Shown: positions 27,534 through 35,573, numbered from the stretch's first letter. The stretch is DNA of 40,000 nt from an uncultured Lachnospiraceae bacterium (GCA_947053345.1 CAMRSM010000009.1:27732-67731), one strand, 5' to 3'. The notes: generated by a model from the sequence alone, not told the origin. Program-made: numbers and translations.

Positions 27534-27566
27534 ATTATAACATGGATTTAGGGGAATTGTGGGAAA
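27534..27566 (-). promoter_or_regulatory. Extended -10 promoter-like element (TGTTATAAT) with upstream TTTCCCA box
   Basis: Minus strand TTTCCCA (27560-27566), N17, TGTTATAAT (27534-27542). The same architecture recurs at 22275-22307 on the plus strand. Confidence 0.3.
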
Positions 27567-27654
27567 GTTGTTGATTTCGTATCGGTTTCCGAAATTTTGC
27601 TGCCCGACATGTCCATCCCACTTCCCCAGTATTACCCGGGAGGGATGGGGCGAA

Positions 27655-27816
27655 TTATTGGCATTTGAAAGTTACTTCATGTCCTGGATTTTCTGTGATG
27701 AGCTGCTTTTTTAAAGCATCAACCATCATATTGTTGTCAAGGGCAGCCTGGACTACATTGACCAGTTTTTTGCCGTCCAGATAAGCCCATACAGTTTTTC
27801 TTTTCATTCTTCTCAT
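27655..27816 (-). CDS. 53-aa hypothetical protein (third gene of the small-peptide operon)
   Basis: My translation: MRRMKRKTVWAYLDGKKLVNVVQAALDNNMMVDALKKQLITENPGHEVTFKCQ. AGAAGG sits 6 nt before the ATG. Confidence 0.4.
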   Translation of the reverse strand: MRRMKRKTVWAYLDGKKLVNVVQAALDNNMMVDALKKQLITENPGHEVTFKCQ

Positions 27817-27864
27817 ATCTTGCCTTCTTTCTCCCGGCGAAATCCCGCCGGGTGGGTGGTGTGG

Positions 27865-27948
27865 TTAGAAAAAAAGTAAAATCAATCCAACCACGACAAT
27901 GAGCAACCAAATAACCGCCATCACAAGCTTCAAAATGTTCTTTATCAT
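27865..27948 (-). CDS. 27-aa fully hydrophobic peptide (no clear RBS)
   Basis: My translation: MIKNILKLVMAVIWLLIVVVGLILLFF. No Shine-Dalgarno sequence was found. Confidence 0.3.
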   Translation of the reverse strand: MIKNILKLVMAVIWLLIVVVGLILLFF

Positions 27949-28010
27949 ATTGATTTTACAGACAGACTGTGATATCTTTTTAGGCAGGGGAGGTTTCCCT
28001 CCCCCGGAAC

Positions 28011-28130
28011 CTATCGGATGCTCTCTATAATCATTTTGATTACGGCTATGAGAGTTCCTATTTCGAGGGCAAGCTGAGTGAGTGCTCGTACCACTTTTAT
28101 CAGCTTGCCTATTTTTTTGTCCATCTGCAT
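28011..28130 (-). CDS. 39-aa amphipathic/hydrophobic peptide (first gene behind a consensus promoter)
   Basis: My translation: MQMDKKIGKLIKVVRALTQLALEIGTLIAVIKMIIESIR. GGAAAGGAGGAA RBS. Confidence 0.5.
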   Translation of the reverse strand: MQMDKKIGKLIKVVRALTQLALEIGTLIAVIKMIIESIR

Positions 28131-28157
28131 TTCCTCCTTTCCTCTCTTGATAATATA

Positions 28158-28186
28158 ATTATACATCATTTTTTATAAAATGTCAA
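28158..28186 (-). promoter_or_regulatory. Perfect-consensus sigmaA promoter with palindromic operator in the spacer
   Basis: Minus strand TTGACA (28181-28186), 17 nt, TATAAT (28158-28163). The palindrome TTTTATAAAA lies inside the spacer and a near copy lies at about 28192-28201. Confidence 0.65.
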
Positions 28187-28213
28187 CTATTTTTTATAAA
28201 GTAAATTAAATCA

Positions 28214-28242
28214 TTGACTAAATATAAAATATAGTGTATCAT
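28214..28242 (+). promoter_or_regulatory. Promoter of the small XRE regulator
   Basis: TTGACT (28214-28219), 17 nt, TATCAT (28237-28242). AAGGAGG RBS at 28249-28255. Confidence 0.45.
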
Positions 28243-28261
28243 ATAAAAAAGGAGGTATGGC

Positions 28262-28480
28262 ATGGACGTAAGGGAATATATCAAGCTATGTTGTGTGAAA
28301 AGAGGGAATATGTCAGAAGCGGAACTTGCCCGTAGGACAGGACAGACACCACAGAACATGAACAATAAACATAAGCGGAACACATTTAAAATATCCGAAC
28401 TAGAGAAGATAGCGGACGCATTGGACGCTGAATTAAAAATATCATTTATTGACAGGGAAACCGGGAATCCAATTATATAA
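28262..28480 (+). CDS. Small XRE-family HTH regulator (72 aa)
   Basis: HTH_3-like MSEAELARRTGQTPQNMNNK. AT-rich. Opposite orientation to the flanking phage genes. Confidence 0.8.
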   Translation: MDVREYIKLCCVKRGNMSEAELARRTGQTPQNMNNKHKRNTFKISELEKIADALDAELKISFIDRETGNPII

Positions 28481-28496
28481 AAATCCCCCACGACAC

Positions 28497-28518
28497 GGGA
28501 CGGCATTGATGCCGTCCC
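28497..28518. terminator. Perfect 10-bp palindrome hairpin downstream of the XRE gene
   Basis: GGGACGGCAT TG ATGCCGTCCC. Weak T-rich tracts lie on both sides. Confidence 0.5.
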
Positions 28519-28637
28519 GTTGCCTTTGTCCATGCTGTGATACCTCCATGGCGGCTGGTCGTCCGTTTTGTGGAACAGAATAGTATCCCCTGCCTTTTTA
28601 TCCATCATCGGATAATATGCTGTATAACATACAAAAA

Positions 28638-29057
28638 TCAACACTGCATAATTTGCAGATAGCGGTTAATTTTCTTCCCGATACTACTACGGTCAAGGTT
28701 TACCTCCCCCGCAATCTCCCGCAGCTTCCGCCCCTCGATGAACCTCATCTCAAAGATCTGCCGCACCTCGGGGTCACCGATCCCGTTGATGAATCCCTCA
28801 ACCTCCAGCATCTGCCGCCCGACCCTTTCCTGCCGCCCCCGGTAGATCCGGAGCATCCGCCCGATGCGGTCTGCCTCCACCGGGTCATACATCTGCACGC
28901 TGACTTGGTGCTCCGTGTATGGGAAATCGCGCGAGGAGGCTTTCACCTTCCCCGCGACAACCGGGATCTCTTTTTCCTGTAATGCCATGATACGCCGGAG
29001 CAATAACCCCTGTTCCCGCTTGAGCTTCTGGTAGCCCATCAGTCTCTGCTTGTCCAT
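28638..29057 (-). CDS. Late-gene transcriptional regulator with sigma-70 region-4-like HTH (RinA/ArpU/DUF1492-type)
   Basis: C-terminal IFEMRFIEGRKLREIAGEVNLDRSSIGKKINRYL. Last early gene before the packaging module. Confidence 0.72.
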   Translation of the reverse strand: MDKQRLMGYQKLKREQGLLLRRIMALQEKEIPVVAGKVKASSRDFPYTEHQVSVQMYDPVEADRIGRMLRIYRGRQERVGRQMLEVEGFINGIGDPEVRQIFEMRFIEGRKLREIAGEVNLDRSSIGKKINRYLQIMQC

Positions 29058-29891
29058 CCTGTCCCCCTTCCTGTATCCGGGATTCCCCCCAGTTCCAGTT
29101 CCATCTGCCAGCCCTCCGGCTCAAAATTCATCCAGAGCACTTCCCGCTTGAGCGAACCCGCCTGTGAACGGTATACGGTCTCCTCCCTGTGCCACCCACG
29201 CAGACGGTCATTGTAAAGCGCGCTGTCATACCCGCTCAGCAGCACCTTCCCCTTATGTGCCAGCAAAACATCCAGTAGCTCCTCATGGTTCTGGTCACGC
29301 GTCTCATGCCGGTACTGCTCCCCCCCCGCTCCTTGTCCCCAGCATGTATGGCGGGTCACAGTAGACCAAGGTGTTCCTGCTGTTGAAACGCCGGATCACC
29401 TCCACCGCGGGGCGGTGCTCGATCTGGACACCCCGGAGCCGTTCCGCGGCACACATGAGCCGCCCCGGCAGGCTGCCCCAATCCCGTGCCGCATAGGCAC
29501 GCTCTCTCCCCTGCACGTCGTTCTTCCAGCCTTCCCGGTGCCCGTTTGTCCGGAAGCCGTACCCCATGTTCAGCCGGACGCAGAAATCAACCGCCTTCTG
29601 CAGGCTATCCCCCGGCATCCTTGTAAATGTCCCCTCGTACACCTGCCTCGCATACGGCGTGTAATATATCTCATGCGCGAGGCGCTCCGGGTTCTTCCTG
29701 ATCCACTCAAACAGGTTCACAACATCCCCGTCAAGGTCATTCACCGTCTCGATATTGCTCCTTGGCTTGTTGAACAGCACCGCCCCACTCCCGAAATACG
29801 GTTCGAGGTAGCTGTGGTGTCCCGGGAAATGGCGGATGATCCACCCTGCGACCGACCATTTGCTCCCGGGGTATTTTATAATCGCCTTCAT
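29039..29891 (-). pseudogene. Dam-family N6-adenine DNA methyltransferase split by a frameshift in a G8 run
   Basis: N-terminal part has KYPGSKW, EPYFGSGAV and DPPY, then stops 13 codons later. The C-terminal continuation (EQYRHETRDQNHEELLDVLLAHKGKVLLSGYDSALYNDRL) lies in the next frame. The junction is the C8 run at 29320-29327, and removing one G restores a single ORF. Confidence 0.85.
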
Positions 29892-29908
29892 GCATGCCTC
29901 CCCCTGCA

Positions 29909-30460
29909 TCAATCCCTATGCACCAGCTTTGTATACCGGATACAGGTAATACTCTGCGAGCTAACCGACCCGCCAACTTTCCCCCACTGCTCCGCCATCG
30001 CCTTTTGATAACGCTCCTGCACGATCTCCCCGGATACCCTCATCCTGACCGCCCCCGCATTGGTCATGTATGTACATGGGGGAAAAGCAATAATCATATC
30101 CCATGCACCATCAACCCTATGTCCCGTGCCGTCCATTGTCCAAAAGTTGCAATTACCATTTAGCAGGGGCAGCACGTCAGCCTGTATGTGCCATTCCGGA
30201 TGCCCGCCGGAACAGGGCTCTATGTCACAGGAATAAGCCTCATGCCCCAACCGCCGGAACCCCGTGCAGACGCGCCGGCTTTCCTCGCAGGCCACCAGCA
30301 CGCGCATATGATGCCCTGCGTCCTGCCCAAAAAGGCTTAGCTGCCGGAAGCCGTTGTAATCCCCGCAGACTTCCCTTTTCCCCGCGCAGTTTTTCCCGTC
30401 ACCGTCACAGCATATCCTGATGCATGTCCGGCAGAGACAGGAATAACACCTTGTCCTCAT
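29909..30460 (-). CDS. Cys-rich N-terminal segment fused in frame to a DNA-methyltransferase-like domain (PPC motif)
   Basis: CYSCLCRTCIRICCDGDGKNC... is followed by MRVLVACEESRRVC...DMIIAFPPCTY. Assignment from memory of phage MTase-like proteins, unverified. Confidence 0.45.
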   Translation of the reverse strand: MRTRCYSCLCRTCIRICCDGDGKNCAGKREVCGDYNGFRQLSLFGQDAGHHMRVLVACEESRRVCTGFRRLGHEAYSCDIEPCSGGHPEWHIQADVLPLLNGNCNFWTMDGTGHRVDGAWDMIIAFPPCTYMTNAGAVRMRVSGEIVQERYQKAMAEQWGKVGGSVSSQSITCIRYTKLVHRD

Positions 30461-30469
30461 CCAACCTCC

Positions 30470-31408
30470 TCACCTCCTGCCCTTGTCCCCCTGCTTCCCT
30501 AAGAGCTGCCGCTCAAGTGCCGCATAATCATACCCACGCTGCTCAAAATCGTTAAACCGGTTCTTCGGCTTTTGCTGTGCGGGCTTCTTGTATTTCCCCG
30601 GAAGGTATCTCTCGAATGTCAAATCTTTGAGGAAATTCTGCGCACTCTTAATATACCGATCTGGCGTTTCGTCCATCTTGCAGGCCTCCGCATAGTTTAC
30701 AGCACAAGCAACGAGGTTATCTTCCGTTTCCAGCCCGCGGGTAATCAGATCAGCGTAAGCAGCCCCGGTCAAATGCCGGTTGCCGCCTTTTGGGTATGCG
30801 GACAGGAAATCCTCAAAGCGGCAGATTTCATTCGCACGCGCATTCTCTGTTTTATATACTTTACTTTCCTTTCCTTTACTTTGTCCGGTTCTTACGTCAG
30901 ATTCGCCATTTCTTACGTAAGAACCACCGATTATTACGACATTTCCCTTAATTTCGGCATCACTTAATAAGAGGTAGTCTTTTTTGATTTCAACTTTTTT
31001 CCGGTTTCGGACAATGTTCAAGAAGTTCCTCTGTATCCCTCTTGATGTAAGGATGGAACATTCTTCAAAAAGTTTACTGTCAAAAATACCTCTCCTGATG
31101 GAAGCAGCGACCACATGGTCTATTAAGTTTCTAGGCCTTCCGGGCTGCGAAGATGCATCCGCACAACCAAGGAGACCCGAATTGCATTTAACGTTTGACG
31201 CTCCGACATTTGAAAAACCACATTGTTTCGCAAACATAAGAGATATGTCATCATTCCATTCACAATAGTAACCATGTTCCTTATATATCCTTTGGAAGAG
31301 CTTGACGACTATCGCAAATCCTTTTAATCCATATTCTGCTTCCAACAGCTCGAACTTCTCATCAAGTGTGCAGTGTAAAGGGAAATAACTTATCCCTTCA
31401 TCTGCCAA
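30470..31408 (-). CDS. Replisome organizer / replication initiation protein (DUF4373, Lin1244/Lin1753-like N-terminus)
   Basis: N-terminus ISYFPLHCTLDEKFELLEAEYGLKGFAIVVKLFQRIY. Position after RusA. Confidence 0.68.
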   Translation of the reverse strand: MADEGISYFPLHCTLDEKFELLEAEYGLKGFAIVVKLFQRIYKEHGYYCEWNDDISLMFAKQCGFSNVGASNVKCNSGLLGCADASSQPGRPRNLIDHVVAASIRRGIFDSKLFEECSILTSRGIQRNFLNIVRNRKKVEIKKDYLLLSDAEIKGNVVIIGGSYVRNGESDVRTGQSKGKESKVYKTENARANEICRFEDFLSAYPKGGNRHLTGAAYADLITRGLETEDNLVACAVNYAEACKMDETPDRYIKSAQNFLKDLTFERYLPGKYKKPAQQKPKNRFNDFEQRGYDYAALERQLLGKQGDKGRR

Positions 31409-31786
31409 TTAACATCTCACCTCACTTATCAGCACCTCAATGCGAGGATTCGTTTTATCTACCTCGAACCTGTCTGAAAATCCGACAACATACTTCCAGC
31501 CATCGTCTTTTAATACCCCGGTACTCACAAGCGCATCCTGAATTACCTTTCGACCGAAGCCAGACACATTATCAAGATCCCGCCTCTTGTTCGGCTCATA
31601 CCAAGAATAGTACATCTCGACCGGCTTCTCAATCCTTACGCCCCTCATGCACTGCCTTATCGCCACCGCAACGATATTACCGCTGTCCGCTTTCATCTTC
31701 GCGCCTTTGTGGCGGTTCGTGCGCTCCGCGGCAATGTAATCGTTAAGGTTGTTCAGCGTGCCGGGGATCTTCAACAGATATTCCAT
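31409..31786 (-). CDS. rusA: RusA-family Holliday junction resolvase
   Basis: RRDLDNVSGFGRKVIQDALVSTGVLKDDGW motif. 125 aa. Confidence 0.85.
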   Translation of the reverse strand: MEYLLKIPGTLNNLNDYIAAERTNRHKGAKMKADSGNIVAVAIRQCMRGVRIEKPVEMYYSWYEPNKRRDLDNVSGFGRKVIQDALVSTGVLKDDGWKYVVGFSDRFEVDKTNPRIEVLISEVRC

Positions 31787-32004
31787 TACCCCACATCCCC
31801 ATAAATGCTTAATGCCGCATCCACCCGAAAAGGATTTCCGGCAATGAATTTCACACCGATCTCGCTACCTTCCAATGATAAAATCAGGATGCAGTTGTTG
31901 AATATCGTTACAAACTCCTCACCATCCTCAAGCAGTGCATCATCCCCAAATTTCTTCCGGAATTCCTGCATGGCTAAGTCGACCGCTTTCTTTATCTCCT
32001 CCAT
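31786..32004 (-). CDS. Hypothetical 72-aa early protein
   Basis: Internal start MEEIKKAV behind GGAGGG. The upstream part of the track ORF overlaps the recT end and looks non-coding. Confidence 0.5.
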   Translation of the reverse strand: MEEIKKAVDLAMQEFRKKFGDDALLEDGEEFVTIFNNCILILSLEGSEIGVKFIAGNPFRVDAALSIYGDVG

Positions 32005-32050
32005 TTTCCCTCCATTCAGGCAGCGGGTTCGCCCGCCGCCCCTCATATTG

Positions 32051-33019
32051 CTAATCCCCAAACAGTGCATCTTCCGCGCCGCCCTGCGCGAAGGACTGTT
32101 GTTCGTATTGCTCCGGCGCAGATTCCTGTGAGCTCTGCCGTGTTTCCTGCGGCTGCTCAGCAATAATTTCTTCTTCCGGCCGATTGTCAACATACTCTCT
32201 CGTTCCATCCTCTTTAATAACTGTCATATCAGCGTCCATTGCATTCACCATATCAATACTCATAACTCCCCACTTACTGATAAGCTGCCGGAGCATGGTC
32301 TTGTACGCCATTCCGTCGAAGTCCTTATACCAAAAAGAGGAATACAGCCATTCGTCATCTTTTGGGAAATTCCCGGCTTCAAAATCCGCAAAAGAAACCT
32401 TTGTCTTTTTCTTGCCGTTAACGGTAATTTCTTTTGCGTCTTTGGAAAATGCCTGGCTGTATCGGTCTGCATGGGCAAGCATTTTATTCTTACTCCAATA
32501 CATAGCTTTTTTGAAACCATTAGTATACTCAAACATGGCATAATATCCGATGGTTTTTGCCAGCTCTCTCTGCTCCTCGTCCTCAACCAGGCGAACTTCG
32601 ATTTCTTCCTCAAGAGGATTAAACCGTATCAATTCACCCTCTTTAATCGCAAGGACGTTGAGCTTCCTATACTGTCCACTGCGGATCGCAAGCTGAATGT
32701 ACCCTTTGTACCCCATCTGAAACTGCGCAACCTTTACGCCCTCTTTCTTATTCTCGTAGGGCACCATGTAATACTGCCCAAGCTGCGGGGATGGGGAGAG
32801 ATTCAGGGATTCCCCTAAAAGCGCTGCCGATAAGATGGACGGGTTTGTACATTCCTGCAACGCTGGATTGACTGTCACTGCCGACACAACGGACGAAACA
32901 AACCTCATACTGTTCTTTCCTACTGCCTGGCTAAGCTGGGCCTTTACATTGTCCTGATTCAAAAAAGCCGTAATTCCCATTTTGGATTTTCTGTTTACCA
33001 AGCTGTTCTGTACTGCCAT
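32051..33019 (-). CDS. recT: RecT-family single-strand annealing recombinase
   Basis: RecT-like core (NPSILSAALLGESLNLSPSPQLGQYYMVPY). AAGGAGG sits 9 nt before ATG 33019. Confidence 0.9.
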   Translation of the reverse strand: MAVQNSLVNRKSKMGITAFLNQDNVKAQLSQAVGKNSMRFVSSVVSAVTVNPALQECTNPSILSAALLGESLNLSPSPQLGQYYMVPYENKKEGVKVAQFQMGYKGYIQLAIRSGQYRKLNVLAIKEGELIRFNPLEEEIEVRLVEDEEQRELAKTIGYYAMFEYTNGFKKAMYWSKNKMLAHADRYSQAFSKDAKEITVNGKKKTKVSFADFEAGNFPKDDEWLYSSFWYKDFDGMAYKTMLRQLISKWGVMSIDMVNAMDADMTVIKEDGTREYVDNRPEEEIIAEQPQETRQSSQESAPEQYEQQSFAQGGAEDALFGD

Positions 33020-33033
33020 CTCTCGCATCCTCC

Positions 33034-33852
33034 TTAAATCCTGCTAAACTCAATATTTCTTCTCTCAAAAAACTCTTTAAGTTCCAGTGCCTGCGTCACG
33101 GTCAGAAGCGCCTTAAAGCATACATAGGTAGGCATTTCCTTCGGGGACTGCACAGCCTCTTCTTTCGCCTGATACTGCATGGCCATAGTGGGCTTTTCCA
33201 CCACCTTCTCCTGTTCTGCCTTAATCCGCTCCTGCCCTGCCTTGCGCTTCTGCATCTCTGAAAGCCGGTGCCCCTCTGCAATCGACCTGTTCAGGTCAAG
33301 GGTGGTTTTATATGTCTCGATGGCTTCAAAGGCAAATTCGGGCAGTTCAGAGAGTGTGGCAAGGTCACTTCTGACGCTCTCTATCCTTGCACCAATCTCT
33401 TCCTGTATGGACTTCATAGACACAGACGCATTCAGCCACTTCTCGTCCCATATCATGGAGATATGTAGCCAAACCGGCATATGCGGTATTTGGGAATCGA
33501 AGAAATCATCAATCTTCTTTTTCTTCTCCTGCCGCTGCTGTTCCTCGTACTCCTTGATCTGCTTATCAATCAGCGCCACCGGCTTGTCAATAATTCCGAT
33601 AATCTCGTTAATCTGCGCCTTAAAGGCGTTAAACGGCTGCATATACTCTTTCTCGCGCCGGATTCGTTCATCATTCAGCGCCTTTTTCAGTCTGTTCAGA
33701 TCCGCCCTGTCGGCCTTTGCGCTCTTAATCTGGTCGTCCGTGTAGACAAGGGTTTCATACATTTTTACCTTGTCGGACAGTTCCTGTTTTAATTCCTCAT
33801 AGTTAAATGCAATTTTTTCGGGAATTGCCACCTGTTCAACTTTTAATTCCAT
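33034..33852 (-). CDS. DUF1351-family phage protein
   Basis: N-terminal IAFNYEELKQELSDKVKMYETLVYTDDQIKSAKADRADLNRLKKAL pattern. Typical position next to recT. Confidence 0.72.
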   Translation of the reverse strand: MELKVEQVAIPEKIAFNYEELKQELSDKVKMYETLVYTDDQIKSAKADRADLNRLKKALNDERIRREKEYMQPFNAFKAQINEIIGIIDKPVALIDKQIKEYEEQQRQEKKKKIDDFFDSQIPHMPVWLHISMIWDEKWLNASVSMKSIQEEIGARIESVRSDLATLSELPEFAFEAIETYKTTLDLNRSIAEGHRLSEMQKRKAGQERIKAEQEKVVEKPTMAMQYQAKEEAVQSPKEMPTYVCFKALLTVTQALELKEFFERRNIEFSRI

Positions 33853-34055
33853 TTATTTCTCCTTCCGAATATCTTTCACAGCTTATTTCAGATGTATAAT
33901 AATCTTCTGGAATATCGCCTTTTACATGCTCTAGTTTCCCATTGACCATCTGAAAAAATGCTCCACATATAGGCTCCCAATAGCTGTAAAAAAATAACTT
34001 CTACTATGTCTAATTCTCTGATTTTCCTTCCACACTTATCTACCATTTACCCACC

Positions 34056-34706
34056 CTATATTTCCGGCAGAATCAGTGGTGGTCTTGTATCGCTTTTCAC
34101 ATACTCCCAAAATTCCGCCCCTTTCTGCATCAGATAATCAATATCCTCCTGTACCTCACTACGCTCAATGTGGTAATGCCTTGTTTCCTGCAGCATATCT
34201 CCGCCAAAGTCTGTTTTAAGCTGTGCTTTCAGCACTGCAAAATCTGCCTCCATCACCGCCATGTAAAAGCACACTTGGCAGTAATAGTTGTCGGGAATCC
34301 TATCTTTCCACTTCTCCCTCTGCCCGGTTCTAATGATTTCCGTGGTCTTAATCTCCAAAACCCCCAGCCGTCCGTTTTCGTCCTCCAGCCAACCATCAAG
34401 GGAAGCCTGCGCGAACGGGTACGGGTCGTTGAAAAAGGAATTGTTTTCCTCATACATCACCTTGTACTGCGGAAAATCAAGTGCAAACAACGCCCTTAAA
34501 TGTTCCTCAGCCTGCGTCCCATACCGCACGTAAGGCTTGTCCGATATGTCATCCGCCCTGCGCCTCCCGGTTTTAACCTCCCATAAGGTCACATTATCCA
34601 TATACGGGTTGCGCCCAACTACGGCAGATATTTCAGAACCGCCGATGCCCTTATTGCGGTTCCCAAGCCATTCATTACGGCTTTCAAATATGTGCTTTCT
34701 CACCAT
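34056..34706 (-). CDS. YqaJ-type (lambda Exo-like, PD-(D/E)xK) recombination exonuclease
   Basis: GGSEISAVVG, SLDGW...LEIKT motifs. Partner of RecT. Confidence 0.85.
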   Translation of the reverse strand: MVRKHIFESRNEWLGNRNKGIGGSEISAVVGRNPYMDNVTLWEVKTGRRRADDISDKPYVRYGTQAEEHLRALFALDFPQYKVMYEENNSFFNDPYPFAQASLDGWLEDENGRLGVLEIKTTEIIRTGQREKWKDRIPDNYYCQVCFYMAVMEADFAVLKAQLKTDFGGDMLQETRHYHIERSEVQEDIDYLMQKGAEFWEYVKSDTRPPLILPEI

Positions 34707-34938
34707 ATTCCTTTACCCAGTTCCCGGAGTAAAACCACTCCACAAACTCCTGCCTCTCCTTATCTGTGCCAAGGGAAACCCTTTCCATTGCATATTCAAA
34801 TGCTTCTTCCTCCGGCACGAACACACCCGTCCCGACCTCACTGTATCCCGCGGAACCGTTCACCTTTTCGTGGATCTCCGGCTCATGGCCTCCCTGCCAT
34901 AGCATAATATCCGCGACCATCCTGTTCTCAAGCTCCAT
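34684..34938 (-). CDS. Hypothetical early protein (84 aa)
   Basis: Packed ORF with overlapping start and stop. Confidence 0.45.
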   Translation of the reverse strand: MELENRMVADIMLWQGGHEPEIHEKVNGSAGYSEVGTGVFVPEEEAFEYAMERVSLGTDKERQEFVEWFYSGNWVKEYGEKAHI

Positions 34939-35110
34939 TCGCTACCTCCAAGACCATCTGGCCGTCCCCCTGTTCCTTAACCTCCCTGCCCATCCATAGT
35001 ATCCTTTCCGTCCTTCTTGCGTCTTCCTGACGGCATTCGGCGCACACCCCGCCCACCAGTTCGCCAGGGTCGCAGGTTCCGCCACAGGTATCACACTGGT
35101 AACGGCTCAT
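34928..35110 (-). CDS. Small CxxC...CxxC zinc-ribbon-like protein (60 aa)
   Basis: Start MSRYQCDTCGGTCDPGELVGGVCAEC behind GGAAGGAGG. ATGA overlap with the upstream gene. Confidence 0.5.
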   Translation of the reverse strand: MSRYQCDTCGGTCDPGELVGGVCAECRQEDARRTERILWMGREVKEQGDGQMVLEVANGA

Positions 35111-35280
35111 TGCGCGTCCTCCTTCCCGATCAAAATGACATGACCTGCCGCAATCTCTGTTACGAGCCCGTTGGTTGTATATAGCGCGTCGCAGAACCAT
35201 ACGGATAGCTTGTCCATGGATTCCTGCGCGGCGCGGTTTTCACCAGTAGCTTTTTTCTTGCGCGTCCATTTTAAAAGCAT
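35107..35280 (-). CDS. Hypothetical early protein (57 aa)
   Basis: Start MLLKWTRKKK behind GGGAGGG. Confidence 0.42.
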   Translation of the reverse strand: MLLKWTRKKKATGENRAAQESMDKLSVWFCDALYTTNGLVTEIAAGHVILIGKEDAQ

Positions 35281-35294
35281 CCCAATCCCTCCCT

Positions 35295-35573
35295 TCACAT
35301 CGTGAGCAGCTTCCGCCGCTCGTCGTCGTCCACCCCAAAATACTCGCAAAGTGTGAGCACCTGTCCGTAACTGAACGGATCCGGGTTTGTCTTATCGCCT
35401 TTGCCCTTTGGGATTTTCAGCATCTGCGACACCCGCCCGACGGAAAGCCCCAGCACGTCCGCAACATCGGCCTGATGCTTCCCGGTGAGCTTCATCTGCG
35501 CTGCCACCCAGCCCTTCAAGGCGATTACCTTTTTCTCCCGGCGCTGCCGGTCATTTAACACCACTCGCGGCAT
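35295..35573 (-). CDS. HTH DNA-binding early protein (full-length copy)
   Basis: HQADVADVLGLSVGRVSQMLK helix-turn-helix. ATG 35573 behind GGGGTGA. Confidence 0.62.
   Translation of the reverse strand: MPRVVLNDRQRREKKVIALKGWVAAQMKLTGKHQADVADVLGLSVGRVSQMLKIPKGKGDKTNPDPFSYGQVLTLCEYFGVDDDERRKLLTM
35456..35573. repeat. 118-bp direct repeat, copy A (5' part of the HTH gene)
   Basis: Aligns without gaps to 36711-36828. The first 43 nt are identical, then scattered mismatches. Confidence 0.8.

Noticed and set aside
28183-28644. 153-aa minus-strand ORF covering the XRE gene region
   Set aside because: It runs straight through the 10-bp palindromic hairpin (28497-28518) and antisense through the well-supported XRE gene. 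The translation is Ile/Phe/Ser-rich as expected from AT-rich DNA, with no RBS.
33888-34046. 52-aa minus-strand ORF in the AT-rich 200-bp gap between the YqaJ and DUF1351 genes
   Set aside because: Only a weak GGGTGGG 3 nt from the ATG, and the sequence is unconvincing. It is left unannotated, and the gap may instead be regulatory.
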